Assembly: GCA_964558575.1 (NCBI GenBank)
Contig: CAZLEQ010000011.1
Span: 1,910-65,909, forward strand
DNA length: 64,000 nt
Reading direction: 5' to 3'
Origin: an uncultured Acidimicrobiaceae bacterium
GTDB lineage: Bacteria > Actinomycetota > Acidimicrobiia > Spongiisociales > ZC4RG35
Shown: positions 1 to 9,500 of the stretch, one piece after another
Layout: every line of letters starts with the position of its first letter
How positions within the stretch are numbered: the first letter of the stretch is position 1
The notes under the pieces: generated by a model
Told to the model about the DNA's origin: nothing
The model's database searches: none
What the model saw: the letters and a program-made list of their open reading frames with translations, nothing else
Position numbers and translations under genes: made by a program

Positions 1-1
1 A

Positions 2-217
2 CCCCGATCTGCGTGGCAAATCGATTACCAGGTTGCGACCGCCTACCTGTGGAAGTTATCGGCTCTGGTGAACTCCGGTGACACGGAAGCGGCGGGATCG
101 ACTTGGGCGGCGATGGTGGTTCGGTTCGCCTCCAACGAAGATCCGGCGATCGACGATCTGCTGAGCGAGGCAACTTCGATCATGAAAGACGTCCAAGATG
201 ACCAATCAGGCGGGTAG
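2..217 (+). CDS. 3' end of an unidentified CDS entering from upstream of the window
   Basis: Frame open from the window edge to TAG 215-217 (...AMVVRFASNEDPAIDDLLSEATSIMKDVQDDQSGG*). Third positions are G/C-rich. No family recognised. Competes with antisense ORF 43..327. Confidence 0.25.
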   Translation, partial: PRSAWQIDYQVATAYLWKLSALVNSGDTEAAGSTWAAMVVRFASNEDPAIDDLLSEATSIMKDVQDDQSGG

Positions 218-525
218 CCGATAGACCGTGGGTGAACCTGATCGCATTCAAAGTGATATCGGTGCTGATGTCGAGCACGCTGCCTGGTCTGACGAGGCGT
301 TCGTGCGAGGCCCACGACCCTGGCCAAGGGAAGACGCAGCGGCCTTGAAGTAATGGCCTGACAGCGCAGGATAACTGCCCGCCTCTGCTTGGCGTAGCGG
401 GGTTGACCTTATTCAGAACAGAGCAGGGTTCTTCTCAGGAGTGTGGTCAGTGGTCATCGGCCACGCCCTCATGATGGCCATGGCCGGTGCCATGGAGAAG
501 AGCTCTTAGGGTCAGATGGCCCTAT

Positions 526-1251
526 TCAGGCTGGAGCATCGTCGTAGTTTTGTCTGCAACTCGACTGAGGCTCGCTGATAAAGGGCTGATTCTCGGCACG
601 ACGATCGAGTGATTGGATAGCACACAGTCGAGTAAACGCAGGAGACGTCTCCGCTGGATTTCCTGGTCTACGAGGTCGGACTTGAAGTTCAAGGGGAAGC
701 GTCCCTTTGACAGCTCTTGTATGAGGAGGTGCGATGTCCGGGATCGGGCGCTTCGTGAATGGGGTCGCGAGGCAGATCCTAGAAAGCGCTCTGATGATTT
801 CTAGGAGTCTGCTCCACGGCGCCGACCCGTCTCCGACATGGTGGCCCACCCACGGCTCGATCCGAGTTGCCATCGGGGCAATTCCCTATTCCGCCGATGG
901 CGGCTCAGGCGAGAATGAGTCTGCGGATGCCTGGATCAAGGTGGGTTTCCACTCGGCGAGGGTGTGGGCACAGTGATCGAGGACACTGGGATTGGGGTCG
1001 ACGAGGGTCAACTCGATGTCTCTTGGCGGGTTCGCCTGGGTGATGAAGTATCCGGTACCGGGACCGACGTCCAGGTGTCTGCGTCCCATATGTTTCCTGT
1101 AGAGGTCGAGGGCCGGTTTGTCTCCCATCTTCCACACACGGGGAGCGATGAATCCCAGAACCCACTTGTCATACGTCTTCAGAAAGCGGGGCGTGTAGTC
1201 CTTGAAGCCTTTGTAGCCAGGTTCGCTTGAGTCCAGATTCATCGACGTCAC
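526..1251 (-). pseudogene. class I SAM-dependent methyltransferase interrupted by an in-frame amber codon
   Basis: ORF 886..1251 has SAM motif I (LDVGPGTGYF) and post-I (LTLVDPNPSVL) and ends at TAG 886-888. ORF 526..873 is in the same frame and continues with an MTase-like WVGHHVGDG...LLEIIRAL segment. The combined 241 codons are a normal MTase size. The distal part is lower GC and poorly conserved. Confidence 0.45.
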
Positions 1252-1536
1252 CCCCGACCAGCCTCTTTGTGCGGTTCGAGTCGTGCAGATAGTAGGTTGT
1301 CTCGTCTTCGGTCAGCACGCATTGGTCATCGCTCAGATCGCTCCGAGTCGACATGGGATGGGAGCGTTGTGGGTTCAGCCCGTCTCCGGGTTGAGTTCTG
1401 CTGAACGCTCGACCTCCGGAAGTCCGCGCAACACCAGGACGAGGGATGCGAGTTTCGGTGAATGCCCAATTCGATGGTCTGGCGCGACCCGGACCAGAGG
1501 TTGTCCGCATCCAGGATGTCCAACCCGGGAGTAGTT

Positions 1537-2499
1537 GTGAAGGCGATGGTTTATGAGCGGTACGGGCCCCCCGAGGTCCTCGCGGTGCGCGAGATGGATG
1601 CGCCCGTTCTCGGCAACCGGGATCTGCTCATCAGGGTCGAGGCGGCATCGGTGAACCGGTCGGACTGGGAAGGCCTGATAGGCAAGCCTCTCTACGCCAG
1701 GATGAGGGGGCTGCGCCGGCCTCACAGGCTGGTCCTCGGCTCCGACGTCGCGGGGCGGGTGGTGGAGGTGGGGAACGCCGTGGAGTCGTTCCGAGTCGGT
1801 GACGAGGTGTTCGGCGATGTCATGTACCACGGGGGGAGCGCCTTCGCCGAGTATGTCTGTGTCCCGGAGACGGCGGCCATCGTCCACAAGCCGCCGACGG
1901 TCACCTTCGCCGAAGCATCCACCCTTCCCCAGGCGGCGGTCATCGCCTTCCAGGGCACGTCGGGACGCGTCGAGCCGGGGGATCGAGTCCTGGTCAATGG
2001 CGCGGGCGGGGGAGCGGGCGCCTTCGCGGTGCAGATGGCGAAGACCGCCGGGGCGCAGGTCACTGGTGTCGACAATGGCTGGAAACAGGAGTTCATGCGG
2101 TCTCTCGGCGCCGACCAGGTGCTCGACTACACCGCGACGGACTACACCAGGACAGGCTCCCGCTACGACCTCATCCTGGACCTGGTCTGTGAGCGGTCGA
2201 TGTTCGCCATCCGGCGTGCTGTCGCTCCCGGCGGCCGCTACTCGGTGGTCGGCGGCTCGGTGCCCGCCCTGTTGTCGGCTGCCACCGTCGGACGACTCTT
2301 ATCGACTGGCGGCAGGAGGATCGGGGTTCTCATGGTGCGACCCAACAAAGAGGATTTGGTTCGGGTCGGCGAGATGGTCGCCGCCGGCGTGTTACGCACC
2401 ACCATCGAGCGGACCTACCCGCTGGATGAACTCCCCGAGGCGTTGCGCCACCTTGGGGAAGGTCGCGCCCTCGGGAAGCTCGTCATCGAGATCGGTTGA
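1537..2499 (+). CDS. NAD(P)H:quinone oxidoreductase / zinc-type alcohol dehydrogenase superfamily (MDR) protein
   Basis: VKAMVYERYGPPEVLAVREMDAPV... GroES-like N-domain and nucleotide-binding loop VLVNGAGGGAGAFAVQMAK. GTG 1537 chosen because homologues begin MKA...; the ORF is open back to 1462. Confidence 0.85.
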   Translation: MKAMVYERYGPPEVLAVREMDAPVLGNRDLLIRVEAASVNRSDWEGLIGKPLYARMRGLRRPHRLVLGSDVAGRVVEVGNAVESFRVGDEVFGDVMYHGGSAFAEYVCVPETAAIVHKPPTVTFAEASTLPQAAVIAFQGTSGRVEPGDRVLVNGAGGGAGAFAVQMAKTAGAQVTGVDNGWKQEFMRSLGADQVLDYTATDYTRTGSRYDLILDLVCERSMFAIRRAVAPGGRYSVVGGSVPALLSAATVGRLLSTGGRRIGVLMVRPNKEDLVRVGEMVAAGVLRTTIERTYPLDELPEALRHLGEGRALGKLVIEIG

Positions 2500-2531
2500 C
2501 CTCGTCATACTCCACCGACTCCATAGGCTCG

Positions 2532-2553
2532 CGTGCCGGGTCGAACCGGCACG
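2532..2553 (+). terminator. GC-rich hairpin after the MDR gene (no U-tract)
   Basis: CGTGCCGG-GTCGAA-CCGGCACG, a perfect 8-bp stem 33 nt after stop 2497-2499, in a convergent intergenic region. Confidence 0.3.
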
Positions 2554-2719
2554 ATCGCCCTCTGCTCATGCCGGGGGCGACGGCGGTGATCACCCCTCAC
2601 CTGAGACAGCTCGAGGCGTGCGTGCATCAGAGCGCAGACCCTTTCGGGTGTCGGCCGTTGGTTTCATGCCGGCCGAACGCATCAGGATGTCCTTCGCAAG
2701 ACCCTCCCGTCCCATTTCG

Positions 2720-3388
2720 TCAACCCGCCGAGGTCGCAGTCTGTTCTAAAGCTTCGAGGATGAGATCGAGGCCAAATTCGAACTCGCTGTCGAAGCTGAA
2801 TCCGGACCTCTGTGCGTGTTCTGCAATCTCGACAAGATGCGGATACTCGTCGATCGTGTGTGGTTCGAGGAGGGACCGCTCCGAGTCGGTCCTATCCTCT
2901 GACGCGCTGATCGGCATGCTGGTCTCCTGGATGACGTGCCCGTACACGTAGCTGTCGAGCAGCCAGAAGGCGTGGGCGGCGTTCTCGATGGAAAAGCCTG
3001 CCGATCGCAGGCTGCCGAGGATTGTGTCCACATAGCGCAGGGCGGCAGGCCCGGTCGAGCCGCGCGCCTCCAGTAGTCCGATCGCCCACGAGTGGAGGCT
3101 GAGCACCGCGCGCGCCGAGAATGCCCGACGCCTCATGGCCCCTTTCCAGTGAGCTCCTTGGTCTGGGATCTCTATCTCGCCAATGACCAGCTCGACGATT
3201 CCATCCAGGATCTCCTCCTTGTTGGCCACGTGCTTGTAGAGCGACATCGCCTCGACTCCGAGCTCGGAGCCCAGCCGGCGCATGGTCAGGGCGCCGAGTC
3301 CGACTCGATCGGCCAGGTCGACCGCGGCTTGCAAGACACGTTCTCTGCTCAGCGGTGGCCGTGGTGAAGGGTCTGCACTAGGTGTCAC
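2720..3388 (-). CDS. TetR/AcrR family transcriptional regulator
   Basis: N-terminal HTH LSRERVLQAAVDLADRVGLGALTMRRLGSELGVEAMSLYKHV and a TetR-type C-terminal ligand domain. GTG start at 3388. Confidence 0.9.
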   Translation of the reverse strand: MTPSADPSPRPPLSRERVLQAAVDLADRVGLGALTMRRLGSELGVEAMSLYKHVANKEEILDGIVELVIGEIEIPDQGAHWKGAMRRRAFSARAVLSLHSWAIGLLEARGSTGPAALRYVDTILGSLRSAGFSIENAAHAFWLLDSYVYGHVIQETSMPISASEDRTDSERSLLEPHTIDEYPHLVEIAEHAQRSGFSFDSEFEFGLDLILEALEQTATSAG

Positions 3389-3399
3389 GTTTTGACAAG

Positions 3400-3431
3400 C
3401 TTACTAAGTAAACGTACGATTACTTAGTAAG
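3400..3431. promoter_or_regulatory. 32-bp near-perfect palindrome, candidate TetR operator
   Basis: CTTACTAAGTAA-ACGTACGA-TTACTTAGTAAG. The 12-bp arms are perfect and the whole 32-mer is self-complementary except one central pair. It lies between the divergent TetR gene (start 3388) and the membrane-protein gene (start 3462). Confidence 0.6.
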
Positions 3432-3461
3432 CCAATCAACCCACCAATCATAGGAGCCAAA

Positions 3462-3953
3462 GTGTCCCCCCACGCCGAGAAGGCACAGAGGACCACTGAC
3501 CAAGAGTTCGAGCCCGCCCACGTGAGCGTGAGGATGAAGATCTCGGGGCTCTGGACGGCAATGCTATTCGTCTTCGCCTACGTCGACATCTTCAGCCTCT
3601 ACCGAGCCGACTTTCGAGCCGACATCGAGGCCGGGACGATCGGCGGGTTCGCTGTCAACCAATCGTTCCTCCTGGCAACCACCATCTATGTTGTGATCCC
3701 CAGCCTGATGGTGTTCGTCACGCTGGTCCTGCGACCGAGAGCCAACCGTACCGTCAACGTCGCGCTGAGCAGCATGTATGCGTTGACGATCATCGCGGGG
3801 GCGATCGGTGAGTTGAACTACTACATCCTCGGCAGCGCCATCGAGGTCGCCCTGCTGGCGGCGATCGGTTACCACGCGTGGACCTGGCCGAAACTGTCTT
3901 CACCGACCTCCGCTACCGGACGAGAGGCCACGCCTCAATCCGCGGTCCTATAG
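3462..3953 (+). CDS. small integral membrane protein (DUF6326-like)
   Basis: About 4 hydrophobic segments (ISGLWTAMLFVFAYVDIF..., LLATTIYVVIPSLMVFVTLVL...). AGGAG sits 5 nt before GTG 3462. Divergent partner of the TetR gene. Confidence 0.7.
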   Translation: MSPHAEKAQRTTDQEFEPAHVSVRMKISGLWTAMLFVFAYVDIFSLYRADFRADIEAGTIGGFAVNQSFLLATTIYVVIPSLMVFVTLVLRPRANRTVNVALSSMYALTIIAGAIGELNYYILGSAIEVALLAAIGYHAWTWPKLSSPTSATGREATPQSAVL

Positions 3954-4201
3954 GGCGATTGATCGACTCCGGCCGCCGACCGCCGCAGACGAAACAACCC
4001 GCCTCTCAGATCCTGGCGATCAGAGGGCCGGGTTTGTCGAGTCTGAGACCTCTACCGGAGGTCTTCAGTCCGGAGGTGCCCATGTGTTGGTGAGGTTGGC
4101 GCGGTTTTGCAGGGAAGCAGTGACTGGTGTCCCTCTACATAATTAGATATATAACTAGATCACAAGTAAACTCGGAGTTATTACTGATGAGGAGAAAACC
4201 G

Positions 4202-4396
4202 ATGACCAGTTCTGACGGGCTCGGCCTGAGCCGGAGTGGAGATCGCATTGCCAGATTTGTCTCCTGGATGCGAGTGAGCTGGGTTTGGTACGACAATCAT
4301 CTCCCATTGGTCCCTCAACTCGCTCGGTTCGAGCTTCCCTCCCCTCCCAGGCAGCGATCGATCGCAGCGGTTCACGAGGCAGAACGTCATGAGTGA
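4202..4396 (+). CDS. hypothetical small Trp-rich protein (weak call)
   Basis: ATG 4202 preceded by GAGGAG. Its stop overlaps the next ATG (ATGAGTGA). Third-position GC is lower than in neighbours. An AT-rich putative promoter lies upstream (4130-4190). No family recognised. Confidence 0.25.
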   Translation: MTSSDGLGLSRSGDRIARFVSWMRVSWVWYDNHLPLVPQLARFELPSPPRQRSIAAVHEAERHE

Positions 4397-4568
4397 ATTG
4401 GAGAGTGCGGCGGCCCGGAGGCGCAATCAGATCGAACGCGGCAAGGCAGCGCGTGCTCAGTGCGGCGGATGTGGCCATCCACGAAAAGAACATCGCGAAC
4501 GATTCTTGTGCACGGTGCCGAAGTGTTCGTGCGACGGGTACTTCCTGATGGAGCTGGCGTCGAAATAG
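4389..4568 (+). CDS. hypothetical 59-aa Cys-rich (zinc-ribbon-like) protein (weak call)
   Basis: MSELESAAARRRNQIERGKAARAQCGGCGHPRKEHRERFLCTVPKCSCDGYFLMELASK has CxxC ... CxxxxCxC. It is below the 60-aa cut-off of the ORF track. Overlaps the preceding ORF by 8 nt. Confidence 0.3.
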   Translation: MSELESAAARRRNQIERGKAARAQCGGCGHPRKEHRERFLCTVPKCSCDGYFLMELASK

Positions 4569-4621
4569 GTCGACTCTCGAGAGCGCCCTGCCTGCTCAGA
4601 TCGTTGCTGCAACGGTCATGT

Positions 4622-5176
4622 TCATCGCCCCTCCCGTTTCACCATGATGTTGGGACTGAATGCAGGGGTGTCGCCAAGTCTGGTGAGGAGGGTGCGGAGG
4701 AGCCGGGCGAGGTCGTTTCTCTCGGACGACCCGAGCATCCCGACGATCTCGGCTTGAGTCTGGAGAAGAATGGCGAGAGCGTCTTCAGCGAGGTCTTTGC
4801 CCGCTGGGGTGAGATGTACGAGCACACCGCGCCCGTCTTGAGGGTTGGGTCGGCGTTCGACGAGCCCGGCTGCCTGGAGACGATTGAGCCGGACTGTCAT
4901 TCCCCCACTGGTCAGCAAGAGATCCTCAGCCAAAGCGGATGGGCTCGAGGGCCCTACGAGGTCGAGCTCGGTGAGGGTCTCTTGGTCGCCCCGATGGCTG
5001 AGGCCGTACGCGGCGGCAATGCGGTCCAGTCTCGCCTGGAGGAAGTGGGCGGCGCGTAGCACTCGGGTCCCTACTTCGAGTGGAGAGAAGTCCATGTCGG
5101 GTCGAGACGTCTTCCACCTCTCGAGGATGAGGTCAAGTCTGTCGCTGGTGCTCTGCTCGTCCATGTCGGAGATCAA
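4622..5176 (-). CDS. MarR family transcriptional regulator
   Basis: Winged-helix core LTSGGMTVRLNRLQAAGLVERRPNPQDGRGVLVHLTPAGKDL. Start is TTG 5176 or ATG 5164. Confidence 0.85.
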   Translation of the reverse strand: MISDMDEQSTSDRLDLILERWKTSRPDMDFSPLEVGTRVLRAAHFLQARLDRIAAAYGLSHRGDQETLTELDLVGPSSPSALAEDLLLTSGGMTVRLNRLQAAGLVERRPNPQDGRGVLVHLTPAGKDLAEDALAILLQTQAEIVGMLGSSERNDLARLLRTLLTRLGDTPAFSPNIMVKREGR

Positions 5177-5224
5177 CGTAAATGGTTGTTACCTATACTT
5201 CAAGTAATATATCGAGGGAAATAA

Positions 5225-5524
5225 CGAGAGAGAAGAGGTCTCGTTCCCGAGCCAGGGCGGACGGCCTCCGGTTACCGGGACTGTGACCCGGGTGTGGTCG
5301 CCCGACTCCAGTTCATTCGGGCTGGTCAAGCGATCGGGTTCACGCTCCGAGAACTGAGGGAGATCCTCGACATCAGGGGATCGGGGGCAGCACCCTGTCG
5401 CCACGGCGCGGAACTCGTCGACGACAGGATCCCGAAGTGTGGATCGACGGATCAGAGAAATCCGAGTGCCGTGTGCCCGCAGGATTCGGGTCGCTCAGCT
5501 CGCTTGCTCACAGGGCCAGGATGA
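5225..5524 (+). pseudogene. 5'-truncated (and probably 3'-frameshifted) MerR-family regulator remnant
   Basis: The frame opens right after TAA 5222-5224 and reads RERRGLVPEPGRTASGYRDCDPGVVARLQFIRAGQAIGFTLRELREILDIRGSGAAPC. That is the MerR wing and dimerisation helix, but the N-terminal HTH (about 25 aa) is missing. The tail loses family resemblance and overlaps the antiporter 3' end. Confidence 0.6.
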
Positions 5525-6434
5525 TGGCGACGGGATAGGCGCAGAGGAGCACCACACCCTCGATACGACGAAGCCGGTCCCCGCTCCAGGCGATTCCGCC
5601 CGCGAGAAGGGCTACCAGCACCATCACTATCAGGTCGGGCCGGAAGTCGGTGACGAGAGAACCGGAGCCCATGACGCCGGCTGCGCCGACGACGCCGAGC
5701 GAATTGAACACGTTCGACCCGAGGATGTTGCCGAGCACGAGGTCGCTACGTCCCCGACGGCCTGCGGCGATGACAGCGCCCAACTCGGGGAGACTCGTTC
5801 CCAGAGCCAGGATGGTGAGACCCACCACACCTTCGCTCATGCCGATCTCGAGGGCGATGCCTTCGGCTCCGATCACCATCGCCCGGGCACCGGCGAGGAG
5901 AACTCCGAGCGAGACGAGGGCGATCACCACGTCGCGCCATGCCGGCCCGGTCGCCGCGTCCTCGACTGCCTCGGTCGTGTCGTCTCGCTTCGACCAGGTG
6001 ACGACTGCAATCCCGGCGAGGACCAACCCGAGGAGAAGTGCCGCTCCCTCGTAGACCCGGAGGACGCCGTCCCAGAGAAAGAGCGAGGCGAGGACGAACG
6101 AGGTGAGCATCAGGGCTCCCTCCTTCTTGATCACTCCGCTCTGGCCTCCGAAGGGGAAGATGATCACGGCCACCGCGAGGATCAGCGAGATGTTGGCGAT
6201 GTTCGAGCCAACCACGTTGCCCACTGCCAGATCGAGCCCGTTGGGCTGGTCGAGTGCGAGGACCGACACCATCATCTCGGGAAGCGAGGACCCGAAACCG
6301 ATGACCACGGCTCCGACGATCACCGGGGAGACGCCCCAGCGATGGGCGAGGTCCGCCGAAGAGAGGACCATCCGGTCGGCGGAGACCACGATCAGGGCGA
6401 TGCCTACGAGGAGGAGGAGGACGTCGACGATCAT
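5508..6434 (-). CDS. Ca2+/Na+ antiporter, CaCA family (YrbG-like)
   Basis: Two alpha-repeats (GFGSSLPEMMVS ... GNVVGSNIANI and ALGTSLPELGAVI ... GNILGSNVFN) and about 10 TM segments. ATG 6434 (MIVDVLLLLVG) preceded by GGAAGG. The ORF is open to 6575 but that leader is not protein-like. Confidence 0.85.
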   Translation of the reverse strand: MIVDVLLLLVGIALIVVSADRMVLSSADLAHRWGVSPVIVGAVVIGFGSSLPEMMVSVLALDQPNGLDLAVGNVVGSNIANISLILAVAVIIFPFGGQSGVIKKEGALMLTSFVLASLFLWDGVLRVYEGAALLLGLVLAGIAVVTWSKRDDTTEAVEDAATGPAWRDVVIALVSLGVLLAGARAMVIGAEGIALEIGMSEGVVGLTILALGTSLPELGAVIAAGRRGRSDLVLGNILGSNVFNSLGVVGAAGVMGSGSLVTDFRPDLIVMVLVALLAGGIAWSGDRLRRIEGVVLLCAYPVAIILAL

Positions 6435-6532
6435 CGGGTTTGCCTTCCTCTGGTCTCCCTGCCGCGCTGCCAGCTCATGAGTGCGAGTATCGCCGCAGCG
6501 GAGGCCAGTAGGGACTTTAGGCCCTTTCTTTA

Positions 6533-6550
6533 CTAACGAACGTTCGTTAG
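6533..6550. promoter_or_regulatory. 18-bp perfect palindrome in the divergent promoter region
   Basis: CTAACGAACGTTCGTTAG lies between the antiporter start (6434) and the molybdoenzyme alpha start (6594). No cognate regulator identified. Confidence 0.4.
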
Positions 6551-6593
6551 CAATACGGACACGATGACCTTGCACCCCCCGGTAGGTGGCTGA

Positions 6594-9500
6594 ATGGCTC
6601 GAGTCACGCGTCGTCAGTTCATCAAGGTGGCCGGCGGGGCCGGCCTGGCCGCGATCTCGGGGGTGCTCGACCTCGAGCTACTCGCCCTCGAGGCGTTCCC
6701 CGGCATCGACAACCCTCTCCTCACCTATCCCAACCGGGGCTGGGAGCAGATCTACCGAGACCAGTACGCATACGACAGCAGTTTCACGGTGATTTGCGCT
6801 CCCAACGACACCCACATGTGCCGGCTTCGTGCCTTCGCCCGTAACGGGGTGGTCACCCGTCTCGAACAGAACTACGACGGTGCCAACTACACCGATCCCC
6901 AGGGGAACACCTCCACCGCCCACTGGAACCCACGCGGCTGCCTCAAGGGCTTCACGCTGCATCGGCGGGTCTACGGCCCCTATCGCCTGCGCGCCCCGAT
7001 GGTTAGAACCGGCTGGAAGGAGTGGGCCGACGACGGGTTTCCCTCCCTCTCCGACGATCCGGAGCTGCGGACCCGATATCGATTCGACGATCGGGGAAAC
7101 GACACCTTCATCCGACTCACCTGGGACGAGGTCGACGACTATGCGGCCCGGGGGTTGGAGGCCATCGCCCGCACCTACTCGGGAGAGGATGGCCACCGCC
7201 GGCTCATCGATCGGGACGGCTACGAGCCGGAGATGCTCGAATTCTGGGAGGGGTCGGGTGTCCGGACGATGAAGTTCGGGTCTTCGCTGCCGGTCCATGG
7301 TGTGGCCGGCAAGTTCGGGCTCTTCCGGTTCGGCAACATGCTGGCGCTCCTCGACGCAAACGTCCGCGGCGTGGGACCCGAAGATGCGGTTGGCGCCAGG
7401 GACTGGTCGGAGTACACCTGGCGGGGCGACCAAGCCCCCGGGTTCCCGTTCGTGCATGGGCTCCAGACCACCGAGGTCGACTTCAACGACCTCCGCTACA
7501 GCCGTCTTCTCATCCAGGTGGGCAAGAACCTGGTCGAGAACAAGATGCCGGAGAGCCATTGGTTTCAAGAGATCATCGAGCGCGGGGGCAAGCTGGTCTC
7601 CATCGTCCCCGAATACGGGCCCCAGTCGTCGAAATCCGATTACTGGATCCCGGTGCGGGCCGGTCTGTCCGATACCGCCATCTTCCTCTATCTGGCCAAG
7701 GAGCTCATCGAGCGCGACCTCTACGACCTCGACTTCGTGAAGCGATTCACCGACCTCCCCCTCCTGATCCGTCTCGACGACCTGACCAGGCTGCGCGCCG
7801 AAGAGGTGTTTGCCGGCCATGGGCCTCTACTCGATCCCGAAGGCCCCAGCTTCACCCTCCACGGCATGACCCCCGAGCAATACGAGGAGATCGGCGACCG
7901 GGTGATCAGAGACACTTCGGGCCAGCTACGTGCCATCAGCCGGGAACAGGTGGGAGACCGTCTGGCCGAGTCCGGCCTGGATCCGGAGGTCGACTGGCGA
8001 GGGACGATCACCCTGGCCGATGGGTCCGGGGTCGAAGCGGCCACGGCGCTCAACCTCTATCGAGAGCATCTGGCCGACTACGACCTCGACACGGTTGCCG
8101 ACATCACCGGATCGCCCAAGGAACTGCTGGAGCGGCTCCTCGAGGACGTGGCCACCATCCGGCCGATGTCTATTCAGGTCGGTGAGGGCGTCAACCACTA
8201 TTTCCACGCCACCCTCCACAACCGGGCCACCTACCTGGTCTCGATGCTCACCGGTCAGATCGGCATCCCCGGCTCAGGGGTGAGCACCTGGGCCGGCAAC
8301 TACAAGGGGGGCATCTTCCATGCCGCCCCTTGGTTCGGCCCTGGAGTAGGCGGCTACGTCAACGAAGACCCATTCAACCCACTCCTATCGGAGAGGGACA
8401 CCTACGACTTCGACAACGTCCATCATTACCTTCACGGCGAAGACACCTCCTACTGGGGCTACGGGGACCGGCCGCTGGTGGTCGACACGCCCGCCGAGGG
8501 GCGCAAGGTGTTCACCGGACGAACCCACATGCCCACTCCGACCAAGGTGCTCTGGTACAACAATGCCAACCTGATCAACCAGGCCAAGTGGGCCTACCAC
8601 CTGATCAAGCACACCAACCCCAAGGTCGACATGATCGTCGACCAGCAGATCGAGTGGACCGGGTCGGCAGAGTTCGCCGACATCGTCCTCCCCGCCAACA
8701 GCTGGTTGGAGTTCGAGACGCTCGAGATGGGGGGCTCGTGCTCCAACCCGTTCCTCCAGCTCTGGAAGGGCGGAATCAGGCCTCTCTACGACAGCCGTGA
8801 CGACGTGGCCATCTTCGCCGGAGTGGCGAGAGCGCTGGCCGGGCTCACCGGTGAGCCACGATTCGCCGACTACTTCAAGTTCGCCAGCGAAGGTCGGCCG
8901 GAGGTGTACCTCGACAGAGTCCTGAAGGGTTCGTTCACCACCGAGGGCTACACCGTCGACGACATCATGTCGGGCAAGTACGGCGAGCCGGGCGGGGCAC
9001 TGATGCAGTACCGCACCTATCCCCGCATACCGTTCTGGGAGCAGGTCAACGACAGTCTTCCGTTCTACACCGACACCGGCAGGTTGAACGCCTATTGCGA
9101 TCTCCCCGAGGCCATCGAGTACGGGGAGAACCTGATCGTCCACCGCGAGGCGGTGGAGGCCACTCCCTACCTCCCGAACGTCATCGTCTCGACCAGCCCC
9201 TGGATCCGGCCGAACGACTACGGCATCGACCCTGGCGACCTCGATGCCGATCGCCGGCAGGTGCGCAACATCAAGATGTCGTGGCCCGAGGTGCGTCGCA
9301 CCGTCAACCCTCTATTCGACGAGGGATACCGTTTCCTCTGCCTCACCCCCAAGTCGCGTCACTCGGTCCACTCCTCATGGGCGGTCACCGACTGGCACTG
9401 GATCTGGAACTCCAATTTCGGCGACCCACACCGAACCGAGACCCGCATGCCCGGCGTGGGTGATGCCCAGCTCCACATGAGCCCTGCCGATGCGCGCAGT

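Noticed and set aside
43-327. 94-aa minus-strand ORF at the window start
   Set aside because: It is Arg/His-rich and not protein-like. The plus frame ending at 217 has better codon bias, though that call is weak too.
886-888. In-frame TAG in the methyltransferase read as pyrrolysine or programmed read-through
   Set aside because: There is no Pyl context, which is limited to methanogen-type methylamine methyltransferases and needs the pyl genes. The downstream half already looks degenerate, so simple pseudogenisation is more parsimonious.
4460-5059. 199-aa plus-strand ORF
   Set aside because: It is antisense to the well-supported MarR gene.
5439-6536. 365-aa plus-strand ORF rich in D/E/H/R/G
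   Set aside because: It is the antisense frame of the CaCA antiporter gene, which has clear family motifs. Its composition is low-complexity and not protein-like.
6435-6593. Possible Moco riboswitch or other leader RNA upstream of the molybdoenzyme operon
   Set aside because: I cannot recognise the conserved Moco-motif helices by eye. Only the 18-bp DNA palindrome stands out, and a covariance-model scan would be needed.
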